DNA of 64,000 nucleotides from Pseudomonadota bacterium (GTDB lineage Bacteria; Pseudomonadota; Alphaproteobacteria; Micavibrionales; UBA2020): NCBI GenBank assembly GCA_043806835.1, contig JAZDGQ010000007.1, positions 2,831 to 66,830 of the forward strand, read 5' to 3'. Shown piece by piece: positions 55,759 to 64,000 of this stretch (position 1 is its first letter; each line of letters starts with the position of its first letter). The notes under the pieces were generated by a model. It saw only the letters and a program-made list of their open reading frames with translations, ran no database searches and was not told where the DNA came from. The position numbers and the translations under genes were made by a program.

Positions 55759-57099
55759 ATGCCCTTTATAAAAATAATAGCACTTTTCATGTTCGGGCTG
55801 ATGTTCGTCGTTTCCGGGGCCGAGGCCGGGGATTTCAACGCGGAATCCTTCACGCTGGAGAACGGCTTGCAGGTGGTGGTCATTCCCAACCACCGCGCTC
55901 CCGTCGTGACGCACATGATCTGGTACAAATTCGGCGGCGGAGACGGAACCCCTGGGAAATCCGGCATCGCGCACTTCCTTGAGCACATGATGTTCAAGGG
56001 CACGCCGGACGTCCCCGGCGGACAGTTTTCCATCACCGTCAAGAAACTCGGCGGCGACGACAACGCCTTCACCACGCACGACGCCACCGCCTTCTATCAG
56101 AACATCGCAAGAGCTTCCCTCGGCCGCGTCATGGAGATGGAGGCCGACCGCATGAAAAACCTGACCCTGAAGGAGAGCGAAGTCGCCTCCGAGCGTCAGG
56201 TGATCGTCGAAGAGCGCCGCCAGCGCACCGACAACCAGCCACAGGCGAAGTTTCAGGAGCAGATGACGAGCGCCCTGTTCGTCAATCATGCCTACGGAAT
56301 CCCCGTCATCGGCTGGATGCGTGAAATTAAAGAACTGACGCGGGAGGACGCGCTGGAGAGCTATGGCAGATGGTATGCGCCCAATAACGCCGTCCTGGTC
56401 GTTTCGGGTGACATCACGGCGGCGGAACTCAGGCCAATGGCGGAGAAGTATTACGGCGGGATCAAGCCCTCCGTTCTGCCGGAGCGCATCAGGCCGAAAC
56501 CGGCTCCGATTGTCGCGCAGCACCGGCTCACTCTGGAAGATCCGCGCATCGGCCCCCCCGTCATCATAAAAGTCTATCGTGCGCCGCGCGGCAGCGACGC
56601 GCTGGAAATCCTGACCGAAATTTTCGGCGGTTCTCCGACATCGCGCCTTTACAGGGTTCTGGTCGTGGACCGGAAACTGGCCGTTTCAGCCGGCGCCGAT
56701 TACAACCCGATCAGCCTGAACGACGCGACGCTCACTCTCACTGCCAGCCCTACTCCCGACACGCCCCTGCCGCAACTGGAGGCCGCGCTGGACGCGGAGG
56801 TCAGAAAACTCACGGAGAAAGGCGTCACCCTGAAGGAACTCAGGAGCGCCAAAGGCCGGAAAAAAGCCAGCCTGACCTATTATCTCGACAGTCTGCAGGG
56901 ACCCGCCATGCTGTTTGGCCGCGCCCTGACCGGCGGATTTGACATGGATTACCTTGAAAACTGGAACGGGCGCGTCGGGAAACTGAGCATCGACGACGTG
57001 AACAAGTCTGCCCGCGCCGTGTTTTCCGGAGACAATCTTCCCGTTACCGGCATCCTTCTCCCGCAGAAGAAACCTGAAAGCGGGGGGGGAAAACAATGA
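55759..57099 (+). CDS. M16-family zinc peptidase (active subunit)
   Basis: Signal peptide MPFIKIIALFMFGLMFVVSGAEA. Inverted zinc motif GIAHFLEHMMFKGT (HxxEH). An alternative GTG start lies at 55744. Confidence 0.85.
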   Translation: MPFIKIIALFMFGLMFVVSGAEAGDFNAESFTLENGLQVVVIPNHRAPVVTHMIWYKFGGGDGTPGKSGIAHFLEHMMFKGTPDVPGGQFSITVKKLGGDDNAFTTHDATAFYQNIARASLGRVMEMEADRMKNLTLKESEVASERQVIVEERRQRTDNQPQAKFQEQMTSALFVNHAYGIPVIGWMREIKELTREDALESYGRWYAPNNAVLVVSGDITAAELRPMAEKYYGGIKPSVLPERIRPKPAPIVAQHRLTLEDPRIGPPVIIKVYRAPRGSDALEILTEIFGGSPTSRLYRVLVVDRKLAVSAGADYNPISLNDATLTLTASPTPDTPLPQLEAALDAEVRKLTEKGVTLKELRSAKGRKKASLTYYLDSLQGPAMLFGRALTGGFDMDYLENWNGRVGKLSIDDVNKSARAVFSGDNLPVTGILLPQKKPESGGGKQ

Positions 57100-58466
57100 A
57101 ATATTTTATTCTCGCCTTGCTGGTCTTTCTCGCCCCTTTTCATCCCGCCCTTGCCGACGGCGGAAAAATCCTGAACGTGCAGAAGCTGACGACCCCCGGC
57201 GGGATCGAAGCATGGATCGTGGAGGACAAAACCGTTCCCGTCATTTCCATGAGCTTTTCCTTCGAAGGCGGACTGGCGTACGATCCGGAGGGCAAGCCGG
57301 GCGTCGGGCGGCTCGTGTCCATCCTGCTGGACGAGGGCGCGGATCAGATGAAGAGTCAGGAATTCCAGTCCCTGCTCAGCGACAACGCCGTCAATATGGG
57401 CTTCACGGCGGGGCGCGATGCTTTCTATGGACAGCTCAAGACCCTGAAATCCAATAAGACGCTGGCCTTTGATCTGCTGCGTCTGGCGCTGAACAAGCCG
57501 CGTTTCGACGCTGATGCCATCGAGCGGATGCAAAACTCCAATACTTCCCAAATCAAAGACGACATGGGCAACCCCGGCTGGCTCATCGCGCGCACTTTCA
57601 ACGGCATGGTCTTCGAGGGGCATGAATACGCCCGCCCCGGCTTCGGTACGTCTGAAAGCATGACACGGATCACCCGCGACGATCTGCTGAATTTCGTCCA
57701 TGCCCAGTTCGCCAAAGACGCCCTCAGGGTGGCGATAGCCGGCGACATCACCAGAGAGGAAGCGGCGGGCGTCATCGACGCCGTTTTCGGAGACCTGCCC
57801 GCCCGGCGGGAGAAAACCGCCGCCACGGAAGCGAAGTTCAATTACGCCGGAAAAACAATCCTGCTGAAACTGGACGCGCCGCAAACGTATATCTCAGTCG
57901 GGGAGGCCGGCATCAGGCGCGAAGACAAGGACTGGCACGCCGCCGTCATCCTGAATTATATTCTCGGCGGCGGCTTCAACGCGCGGCTGATGAAGGAACT
58001 CAGGGAAAAACGCGGCCTCACCTACGGCGTCTACACGTCCCTGACCAGCATGAAACATGCAGCCATTCTTCAGGCCAGTCTTTCCACCGGCAACGGGAAG
58101 GCCGGGGAAGCCCTGAAACTCCTCCGTCATGAATGGACGAAAATGGCGAAAGAAGGCCCGACCGCACAGGAAGTGCAGGACGCCAAGTCCTACCTGACGG
58201 GTTCCTTATTGCTGGAACTGACCTCAACGGACGACATCTCCGGAACGCTCAACGGATTGCAGCGCGACGGACTCGATTACAACTACATCAACCAACGCAA
58301 CGCCCTGATCGACGCCGTGACCGCCGCAGACGTCAGGCGCGTCGCCGCCCGTCTTCTGAAACCGGAAAATCTGACCACCGTCCTCGTCGGCAAGCCCGGG
58401 AATATCACCGCCGATATCATGCTCGACCACCCGCCCGGCATGGAAACGCCGCCACGGAAGCCGTAG
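57096..58466 (+). CDS. M16-family peptidase (non-catalytic partner subunit)
   Basis: ATGA overlap with the upstream M16 gene. Signal peptide present. M16 fold pattern without HxxEH. Confidence 0.8.
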   Translation: MKYFILALLVFLAPFHPALADGGKILNVQKLTTPGGIEAWIVEDKTVPVISMSFSFEGGLAYDPEGKPGVGRLVSILLDEGADQMKSQEFQSLLSDNAVNMGFTAGRDAFYGQLKTLKSNKTLAFDLLRLALNKPRFDADAIERMQNSNTSQIKDDMGNPGWLIARTFNGMVFEGHEYARPGFGTSESMTRITRDDLLNFVHAQFAKDALRVAIAGDITREEAAGVIDAVFGDLPARREKTAATEAKFNYAGKTILLKLDAPQTYISVGEAGIRREDKDWHAAVILNYILGGGFNARLMKELREKRGLTYGVYTSLTSMKHAAILQASLSTGNGKAGEALKLLRHEWTKMAKEGPTAQEVQDAKSYLTGSLLLELTSTDDISGTLNGLQRDGLDYNYINQRNALIDAVTAADVRRVAARLLKPENLTTVLVGKPGNITADIMLDHPPGMETPPRKP

Positions 58467-58497
58467 GCGGCGGCTTTTTCTCTACAGGCCGCCCTCG

Positions 58498-59328
58498 TTA
58501 TTTTTTCATCCCCGGGAGGGACAGCTTTTTGCGAAAATCCGCAATCGTTTCCACGGCATGCGCGGCGCTGGAGAGGCAGGGAATTCCCAGCTTCTCCGCC
58601 TTTTCGATATTCCCTTTAGTGCGAAACTCGTGCGTCGTCCAGACCTGGAAGCACTGGACGCCCAGTTTAACGGGCTCGGCCATGTTTTTAATGCCGTCAT
58701 CAAAGAAGGCCACCCTCTTGGGGTCTTCAATTCCGAAGCGGTTTAAAAATTTTTGGAACCCTTCCCTGCTCGGCTTCACATACCCGTCCCGGACTCCATC
58801 GATGACGTCATACATGTTCTGCTTTGATCTTTCGATAAAAGCATCGTCAAAGCCGACCTGCTTCAGGATTTTCCGGACATTCCATCTCAGGCCATTCGTG
58901 TAGAAAAGAACCCTCGCGCCGTTTTCCTCCAGCCGGAGGATACCTTCCACGAGACGCCGGTTCTCCGCGATTTTGGCATAGTCGTCAACGCAGTATATCT
59001 TCCTGTAATACTTTTCCAGGCTTGGCAGGTTCTCCTTGTCTTTCTCCCTTTTATAAATCTCCCCTATGATCTTGGGGAAAACCACGGAGAGATCCTTTGT
59101 CTCAAAGGGACGGTCTGCGCCGACCCATAACTTCGCTTTCTTCCGGAGCCACGGCTTGGCATTCGCATGTTCGCAAATGGCTACGTCGCTTTCCTTGTGA
59201 AGCTTATTGTCCAGCCGTTCTATCAGCCCGTCGACATCGAAAGCATAGGCGTCCGTCTGCTTCGGGTCCGCGGCAAGTATAAATTTGTCTCTGAGCCAGC
59301 CTGAACGACGCTTTCCGTTTTGAGACAT
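58498..59328 (-). CDS. hypothetical HAD-superfamily-like hydrolase (low GC)
   Basis: Candidate HAD motifs: I AFDVDGL, II LFYTNG, III YVKPSREGF, IV AFFDDGIKN. ATG 59328 has GGAG 7 nt upstream (the ORF-track ATG is at 59358). GC is visibly lower than in neighbours. Confidence 0.5.
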   Translation of the reverse strand: MSQNGKRRSGWLRDKFILAADPKQTDAYAFDVDGLIERLDNKLHKESDVAICEHANAKPWLRKKAKLWVGADRPFETKDLSVVFPKIIGEIYKREKDKENLPSLEKYYRKIYCVDDYAKIAENRRLVEGILRLEENGARVLFYTNGLRWNVRKILKQVGFDDAFIERSKQNMYDVIDGVRDGYVKPSREGFQKFLNRFGIEDPKRVAFFDDGIKNMAEPVKLGVQCFQVWTTHEFRTKGNIEKAEKLGIPCLSSAAHAVETIADFRKKLSLPGMKK

Positions 59329-59467
59329 GGGTAACTCCGGTTTTTTCTTATACTCCATAATCGTATCTGAATATCAGGCAAATTGCAAAAGAACGGGTGC
59401 TCAGAGCAGCGCGATCGGACAGTCCGACACCCCTGACACTGCCACGCGGTCAGACGGAGTCTTGGTT

Positions 59468-59591
59468 AGGGCTTGGGACAAAATAACAGAATCGGAATAT
59501 AAAGAATCCACCGCAGGGTAGAAACGTAGGATAAGGAATTTCTGCCTTATGTTTAATGTTAAACTGACGCTGTTATTTTGTCCCAAGCCCT
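59468..59591. repeat. perfect 22-bp inverted repeat flanking an 80-bp AT-rich spacer (MITE-like or large terminator hairpin)
   Basis: AGGGCTTGGGACAAAATAACAG (59468-59489) pairs with CTGTTATTTTGTCCCAAGCCCT (59570-59591). The second arm abuts the pntB stop codon. There is an internal ATAAGG/CCTTAT mini-hairpin. Confidence 0.6.
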
Positions 59592-60985
59592 TAGTGCTCG
59601 AACGCCTTGATGATGCCTTCGCACATTTTCTTGGCGTCGCCGAGGAGCATCATGGTGTTGGGGTAGAAGAACAGCTCGTTGTCGATGCCGGCGTAGCCGC
59701 TGCCGAGAGTGCGCTTGATGAACATCACGGTGCCCGCGCTCTCAACATCGAAGATCGGCATCCCGTAGATGGGGGAGGCCGGGTCTTTTTTCGCCGCCGG
59801 GTTAACGATGTCGTTCGCTCCGATCACGAAGGCCACGTCCGTCTGGCTGAAGTCGCGGTTGATCTCGTCCAGCTCCAGCACGTCTTCGTATGGCACGTTC
59901 GCTTCGGCCAGAAGTACGTTCATGTGGCCCGGCATCCGCCCGGCGACCGGGTGGATGGCGTAGCGCACCTTCACGCCTTCTTTCTTCAGGACGTCCGCCA
60001 TTTCCCTCAGGGCGTGCTGCGCCTGCGCGACGGCCATGCCGTAGCCGGGGACGATAATCACGCTGGAGGCGTTCTTGAGGATGAAGGCCGCGTCTTCCGC
60101 AGCGCCGATCTTGACCTGCTTGTCGCCGCCCGTCGCCGCGGCGCCCGCCGCGACTTCCCCGCCGAAGCCGCCGAGGATGACGTTGAAGAAGGAGCGGTTC
60201 ATGCCCTTGCACATGATATAGCTCAGGATCGCGCCCGAAGCGCCCACCAGAGCCCCCACGATGATAAGCAGGTTGTTTTGCAGCGTGAAGCCGATGCCCG
60301 CCGCCGCCCATCCGGAATAGCTGTTGAGCATGGAGACGATCACAGGCATGTCGGCGCCGCCGATCGGGATGATGATGAGGATGCCGATGGCCAGCGCCAG
60401 CGCCACGATGGACCAGAATACGACCGCCGATTCCGTCAGGCACAGCAGCACGATCAGCAGCACCAGAATCGCGCCCAGAGCCGCGTTAAGCATATGCTGT
60501 CTTTTGAAAATGATGGGCGCGCCGGTGATGACGCCCTGCAGTTTGCCGAAGGCGATGATCGAACCGGTGAACGTCACCGCGCCGATCGCCACGCCGAGGC
60601 TCATTTCGATCAGGCTGCCGACGTGAATATGGCCTTCGCTGCCGATGCCGTAGGCTTCGGGATTGTGGAACGCCGCGCCCGCGATCAGGACGGCGGCAAG
60701 GCCGACCAGGCTGTGAAACGCCGCGACCAGTTGCGGCAGGGCGGTCATTTCGATCTTCTGGGCGATCACGGCGCCGATGGAGCCGCCGATGAGGATGCCG
60801 ACGGCGATCAGCCCGTAGGAATGGACGTCCTTCAGCATCAGCGTGGTCAGGATGGCGAGAGCCATTCCAGCAACGCCGAAGCGCATCCCGTTCTGGGCGG
60901 TCTGAGGTCCGGAGAGCCCGCGCAACGCCATGATGCAGCAGACCGAGGACACCAGATAGGAGAATAAAGAGACTGTAATAGGCAT
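59591..60985 (-). CDS. pntB: NAD(P) transhydrogenase subunit beta
   Basis: Membrane N-terminal half, then VIIVPGYGMAVAQAQH...HPVAGRMPGHMNVLLAEA...GANDIVNP. Confidence 0.92.
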   Translation of the reverse strand: MPITVSLFSYLVSSVCCIMALRGLSGPQTAQNGMRFGVAGMALAILTTLMLKDVHSYGLIAVGILIGGSIGAVIAQKIEMTALPQLVAAFHSLVGLAAVLIAGAAFHNPEAYGIGSEGHIHVGSLIEMSLGVAIGAVTFTGSIIAFGKLQGVITGAPIIFKRQHMLNAALGAILVLLIVLLCLTESAVVFWSIVALALAIGILIIIPIGGADMPVIVSMLNSYSGWAAAGIGFTLQNNLLIIVGALVGASGAILSYIMCKGMNRSFFNVILGGFGGEVAAGAAATGGDKQVKIGAAEDAAFILKNASSVIIVPGYGMAVAQAQHALREMADVLKKEGVKVRYAIHPVAGRMPGHMNVLLAEANVPYEDVLELDEINRDFSQTDVAFVIGANDIVNPAAKKDPASPIYGMPIFDVESAGTVMFIKRTLGSGYAGIDNELFFYPNTMMLLGDAKKMCEGIIKAFEH

Positions 60986-61000
60986 AATTTTCTCGCTCCC

Positions 61001-61414
61001 TTACTTCTTTTTCTTCGAAAACATTTGCAGCATCCGCCGCGTCACGATGAATCCGCCGAAGATGTTGACGGAAGCAAGGACGATAGCGGCAAATCCCATC
61101 CATTTGGATGTGGTGTACGCATCAGGCCCCGCCGCGATCAGCGCACCGACGATAATCACGGACGAAATGGCGTTTGTAATGGCCATCAGAGGGGAATGCA
61201 GCGCCGGCGTGACGCGCCAGACGACGTAATAGCCGACGAAGCAGGCCAGAACGAAAACCGTCAGGCCGATGATGAAGAAGGGCGCGCCGCCCGCCATGTC
61301 CGGCGAGATGGTCTGGCTGATCTGCAGGGCGAGGCCGGAGGCCTGATTGGAGAGGGCTTCAGCCGACGACGCGACACTGGCCGCCTGATCGATGAGTTTC
61401 GTGGTATCTGGCAT
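61001..61414 (-). CDS. pntAB: NAD(P) transhydrogenase subunit alpha, part 2 (membrane)
   Basis: 137 aa. ...FVGYYVVWRVTPALHSPLMAITNAISSVIIVGAL... This is the split-alpha arrangement typical of alphaproteobacteria. Confidence 0.85.
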   Translation of the reverse strand: MPDTTKLIDQAASVASSAEALSNQASGLALQISQTISPDMAGGAPFFIIGLTVFVLACFVGYYVVWRVTPALHSPLMAITNAISSVIIVGALIAAGPDAYTTSKWMGFAAIVLASVNIFGGFIVTRRMLQMFSKKKK

Positions 61415-61427
61415 GGATCAAACTCCT

Positions 61428-62552
61428 TTATGCGAAATTCGGATGGACGACGCTACCGTCGCGGGTGAGCATGCTCGCCTTGACGATCTCGTCCTCCCAG
61501 TTGATTTTGAGCGACTTGGCCTCCTTGTCGATGAGAGGCGTCAGGAAACTCAGCAGGTTGCGGGCGTAGAGCGCCGAGGAATCCACCGCGATCCGGCTCG
61601 GCATGTTCAGGTGCCCGACGATCCTGACCCCGTTCACCTCCACGACCTCCCCGGGCCTGGACAGCGTGCAGTTGCCGCCCTGCTCAACGGCCATGTCGAC
61701 GATCACGGAGCCCGTCTTCATCGATTTCACCATGTCGTCGTTGACCAGCACCGGTGCTTTCTTGCCGGGGATCAGCGCGGTCGTGATGACGATATCCTGC
61801 TTCTTGATCGTTTCGGCGACGAGGACAGCCTGCTTTTGCTTGTAGTCGTCGCTCATTTCCTTGGCATAGCCGCCGGACGTTTCAGCCGCCTTCGTCTCTT
61901 CGCTCTCCACCATCACGAACGTTGCGCCAAGGCTCTGCACCTGCTCACGCACCGCCGGACGCACATCGGTCGCCGACACCTGCGCACCGAGGCGTCTTGC
62001 CGTGGCAATCGCCTGCAGTCCCGCCACGCCGACCCCCATGACAAAAACTTTCGCCGCAGGCACCGTGCCCGCCGCCGTCATCATCAGGGGGAAGCTGCGG
62101 CCAAACTCGACGGAAGCCTCCAGAACGGCGCGGTATCCGGCCAGATTCGCCTGGCTGGACAGCACGTCCATCGTCTGGGCGCGGGTGATGCGCGGCACCA
62201 GTTCCATCGCCATCGCGGTGATCCCCTGCGCGGCATAGGCCCTGACCAGTTCCTTTTCCTGATAGGGGGACAGCATGCCGATCATCAACGCGCCCTTTTT
62301 CATTTTTCCGAGCTCTTCCGCGGAAGGATGGCGGACACGCAACACAACATCGGCATCCCTGTAAGCTTCGTCCTCCGAAACGACCTGCGCCCCTGCGGCG
62401 CGGTACATGTCGTCCGTCATCGAGGCCGCCGTCCCGGCGCCCGTCACGACGAACACTTCCGCCCCCAGAGCCATCAGTTTCCTGACGGTTTCCGGCGATG
62501 CGGCCACGCGCTTTTCTGCTGCCAGCTTGTCTCTGGCAATTGCGATTTTCAT
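61428..62552 (-). CDS. pntAA: NAD(P) transhydrogenase subunit alpha, part 1 (dI, alanine-dehydrogenase-like)
   Basis: MKIAIARDKLAAEKRVA...; Rossmann VFVMGVGVAGLQAIATARRLGA; ...VIVDMAVEQGGNC... Confidence 0.9.
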   Translation of the reverse strand: MKIAIARDKLAAEKRVAASPETVRKLMALGAEVFVVTGAGTAASMTDDMYRAAGAQVVSEDEAYRDADVVLRVRHPSAEELGKMKKGALMIGMLSPYQEKELVRAYAAQGITAMAMELVPRITRAQTMDVLSSQANLAGYRAVLEASVEFGRSFPLMMTAAGTVPAAKVFVMGVGVAGLQAIATARRLGAQVSATDVRPAVREQVQSLGATFVMVESEETKAAETSGGYAKEMSDDYKQKQAVLVAETIKKQDIVITTALIPGKKAPVLVNDDMVKSMKTGSVIVDMAVEQGGNCTLSRPGEVVEVNGVRIVGHLNMPSRIAVDSSALYARNLLSFLTPLIDKEAKSLKINWEDEIVKASMLTRDGSVVHPNFA

Positions 62553-62591
62553 GTCTTGCCCTCCCTAAAAGATTCTGATGGGGAGGATGCC

Positions 62592-63983
62592 TCATTTGGA
62601 GGAGCTTGGCAACACCGATGTCGTCGAAATATCAAATTTCTGAAGGATGGTTTTCTGACGCTTTCCGAGTTCCCCGGCGTCAAAATCCTCAATCAGCTCG
62701 TTGAACAATTTGTACCAGTTCACTTCCGCTCTCAAATGCAGGAAAACGGAACCCAGCCCCAGCGCCGCCCTATCCATAAAAACAAATTCGCGCGGCAGCT
62801 TCACGCCGCCGATCTCGCGTAATTCCTTATGAACCTCGTGCGCGACTTCGTGTCCGTATATCCCCTTGGTGACGACGCCAATCGCACGCACCTTGTTCTC
62901 CAGAATCGGCCCGTACAGGAATCGCGCCCACATGTTCAGGACATTGATGGTTCTCTTGTCGAGATTTTTGAAACCCCAGCTCTCGTAAGCCTCAACTGCC
63001 AGGCTGTTGTCATTCTTTTGCAGAGCCCGGTACAACGTGATGACGCCCTGAACGAATTTCGGCTGGAAGATGCGGACGCACCCGAAATCCAGCAGATTGA
63101 TCGAATCGTCTTTCCGCACCGTATAGTTTCCAAAATGCGGGTCGCCGTGAACCACCCCATAATAATACAGGGGTACATACCATGCCCGGAACAGATTGAG
63201 CGCGAGTCGGTTACGCTGGGCCTGCCGGGCGGAGGTGAATTTCAGTATTCCCTCGCCTTCCAGCCATGCCGCTGTCAGCAGACGGCCTGTGGAAAGCTCC
63301 GGCATCGTCTCCGGCACATGCACGGCTTTTTCGTCCCTGAGCATAAAACCGTAAAGGGCGGTGTGACGGGCTTCGAGGCGGTAATCCAGCTCCTCATACA
63401 GGCGCGCGGCGATTTCCTTCTGAATCTCCGACGTGACGATGGAATGATCGTATTTCTCGAAAAAGCCGAGAAGCATTTTCAACTGCTTCAGATCCGCCTC
63501 GACCGTCGAGATCATTTCCGGATATTGCAGCTTGCAGGCGACGTCACGGCCATCAAGCGTCACGGCCCTGTGCACCTGGCCGAGGGACGCCGCCGCCGCC
63601 GCTTCCCTGTCGAAGGAACGGAATTTCCTTTCCCATTGCGGCCCCAGCTCCGCAATCATCCGCCGCCGCACGAACGGCCAGCCCATCGGCGGCGCCTGCG
63701 ACTGGAGCTTCTGCATCTCCAGCGCGTACTCCTTGGGAAGAGCCTCGGGAATGGTGGCGAGAAGCTGGGCGACCTTAAGCAGGGGGCCCTTAAGATCTCC
63801 CAGGGATTCCATCAGACGCTTCGCGTGCGCGGGCCTGTTGATCTCGAAACCCAGATATTTCTGCCCCGCGAGCCTCGCTGCCAGGCCGGTCATGGCGGAA
63901 GACACTTCCGCATAGCGCTTCACCCGGCGGCCAAGGGAGCGTTGCTCTGTTTTGTCAGCGCTTTTCTGGGAGTCTTTTTTCAT
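62592..63983 (-). CDS. ABC1/UbiB-family atypical kinase
   Basis: ...KVAQLLATIPEALPKEYALEMQKLQSQAPPM..., AAASLGQVHRA, VACKLQYP and HGDPHFGNY motifs. Confidence 0.85.
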   Translation of the reverse strand: MKKDSQKSADKTEQRSLGRRVKRYAEVSSAMTGLAARLAGQKYLGFEINRPAHAKRLMESLGDLKGPLLKVAQLLATIPEALPKEYALEMQKLQSQAPPMGWPFVRRRMIAELGPQWERKFRSFDREAAAAASLGQVHRAVTLDGRDVACKLQYPEMISTVEADLKQLKMLLGFFEKYDHSIVTSEIQKEIAARLYEELDYRLEARHTALYGFMLRDEKAVHVPETMPELSTGRLLTAAWLEGEGILKFTSARQAQRNRLALNLFRAWYVPLYYYGVVHGDPHFGNYTVRKDDSINLLDFGCVRIFQPKFVQGVITLYRALQKNDNSLAVEAYESWGFKNLDKRTINVLNMWARFLYGPILENKVRAIGVVTKGIYGHEVAHEVHKELREIGGVKLPREFVFMDRAALGLGSVFLHLRAEVNWYKLFNELIEDFDAGELGKRQKTILQKFDISTTSVLPSSSK

Positions 63984-64000
63984 GTGAAAGAGCTATAACA

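Noticed and set aside
1-64000. Looked for CRISPR arrays, rRNA, IS elements/transposases, prophage genes, toxin-antitoxin pairs and known defence systems.
   Set aside because: I saw no regularly spaced direct repeats, no transposase or integrase-like ORFs other than XerD, and no phage structural or defence-associated motifs in any convincing ORF.

Overview
This is a 64 kb chromosomal segment from a high-GC bacterium. GC is about 60% judged by eye, not computed. The housekeeping content and local synteny look alphaproteobacterial: accA-xerD-aroK-aroB-corC, carA-carB-greA, ppdK, a three-gene pntAA/pntAB/pntB transhydrogenase and a PopZ-like protein. Most of the window is ordinary core metabolism: glnA (3' end), ansA, parE, ispE, tRNA-Pro, accA, xerD, aroKB, rnd, radC, map, carAB, greA, HU, glyQS, ppdK, a P-type ATPase, a molybdenum-cofactor cluster, chorismate mutase, an M16 peptidase pair, pntAB and an ABC1 kinase. 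The main non-core feature is a nine-gene, tightly overlapping minus-strand block at 15.8-26.2 kb. It encodes half of a Dot/Icm-type (type IVB, MPF-I) secretion machine in the canonical order icmL-like x2, K, E, G, C, D, J, B. It is bounded by a DDAH-family gene on one side and on the other by a divergent flgK-flgL pair that has a textbook sigma-54 promoter. Other observations worth checking: an unusual TAGT/GGA-repeat leader with its own sigma-70-like promoter inside the T4BSS block; a palindromic repeat element inserted in frame into carB, with a related hairpin after ppdK; two copies of a GTCATTCCGAG-type palindromic element; an overlapping FHA-membrane protein plus secreted trypsin-like protease pair; a Moco-riboswitch-like leader in front of moaA; a degenerate GGDEF/EAL-like orphan; and a low-GC HAD-like gene next to a perfect 22-bp inverted repeat. 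All functional calls come from reading motifs in the supplied translations and from remembered gene order. No database search, HMM scan or GC calculation was possible.
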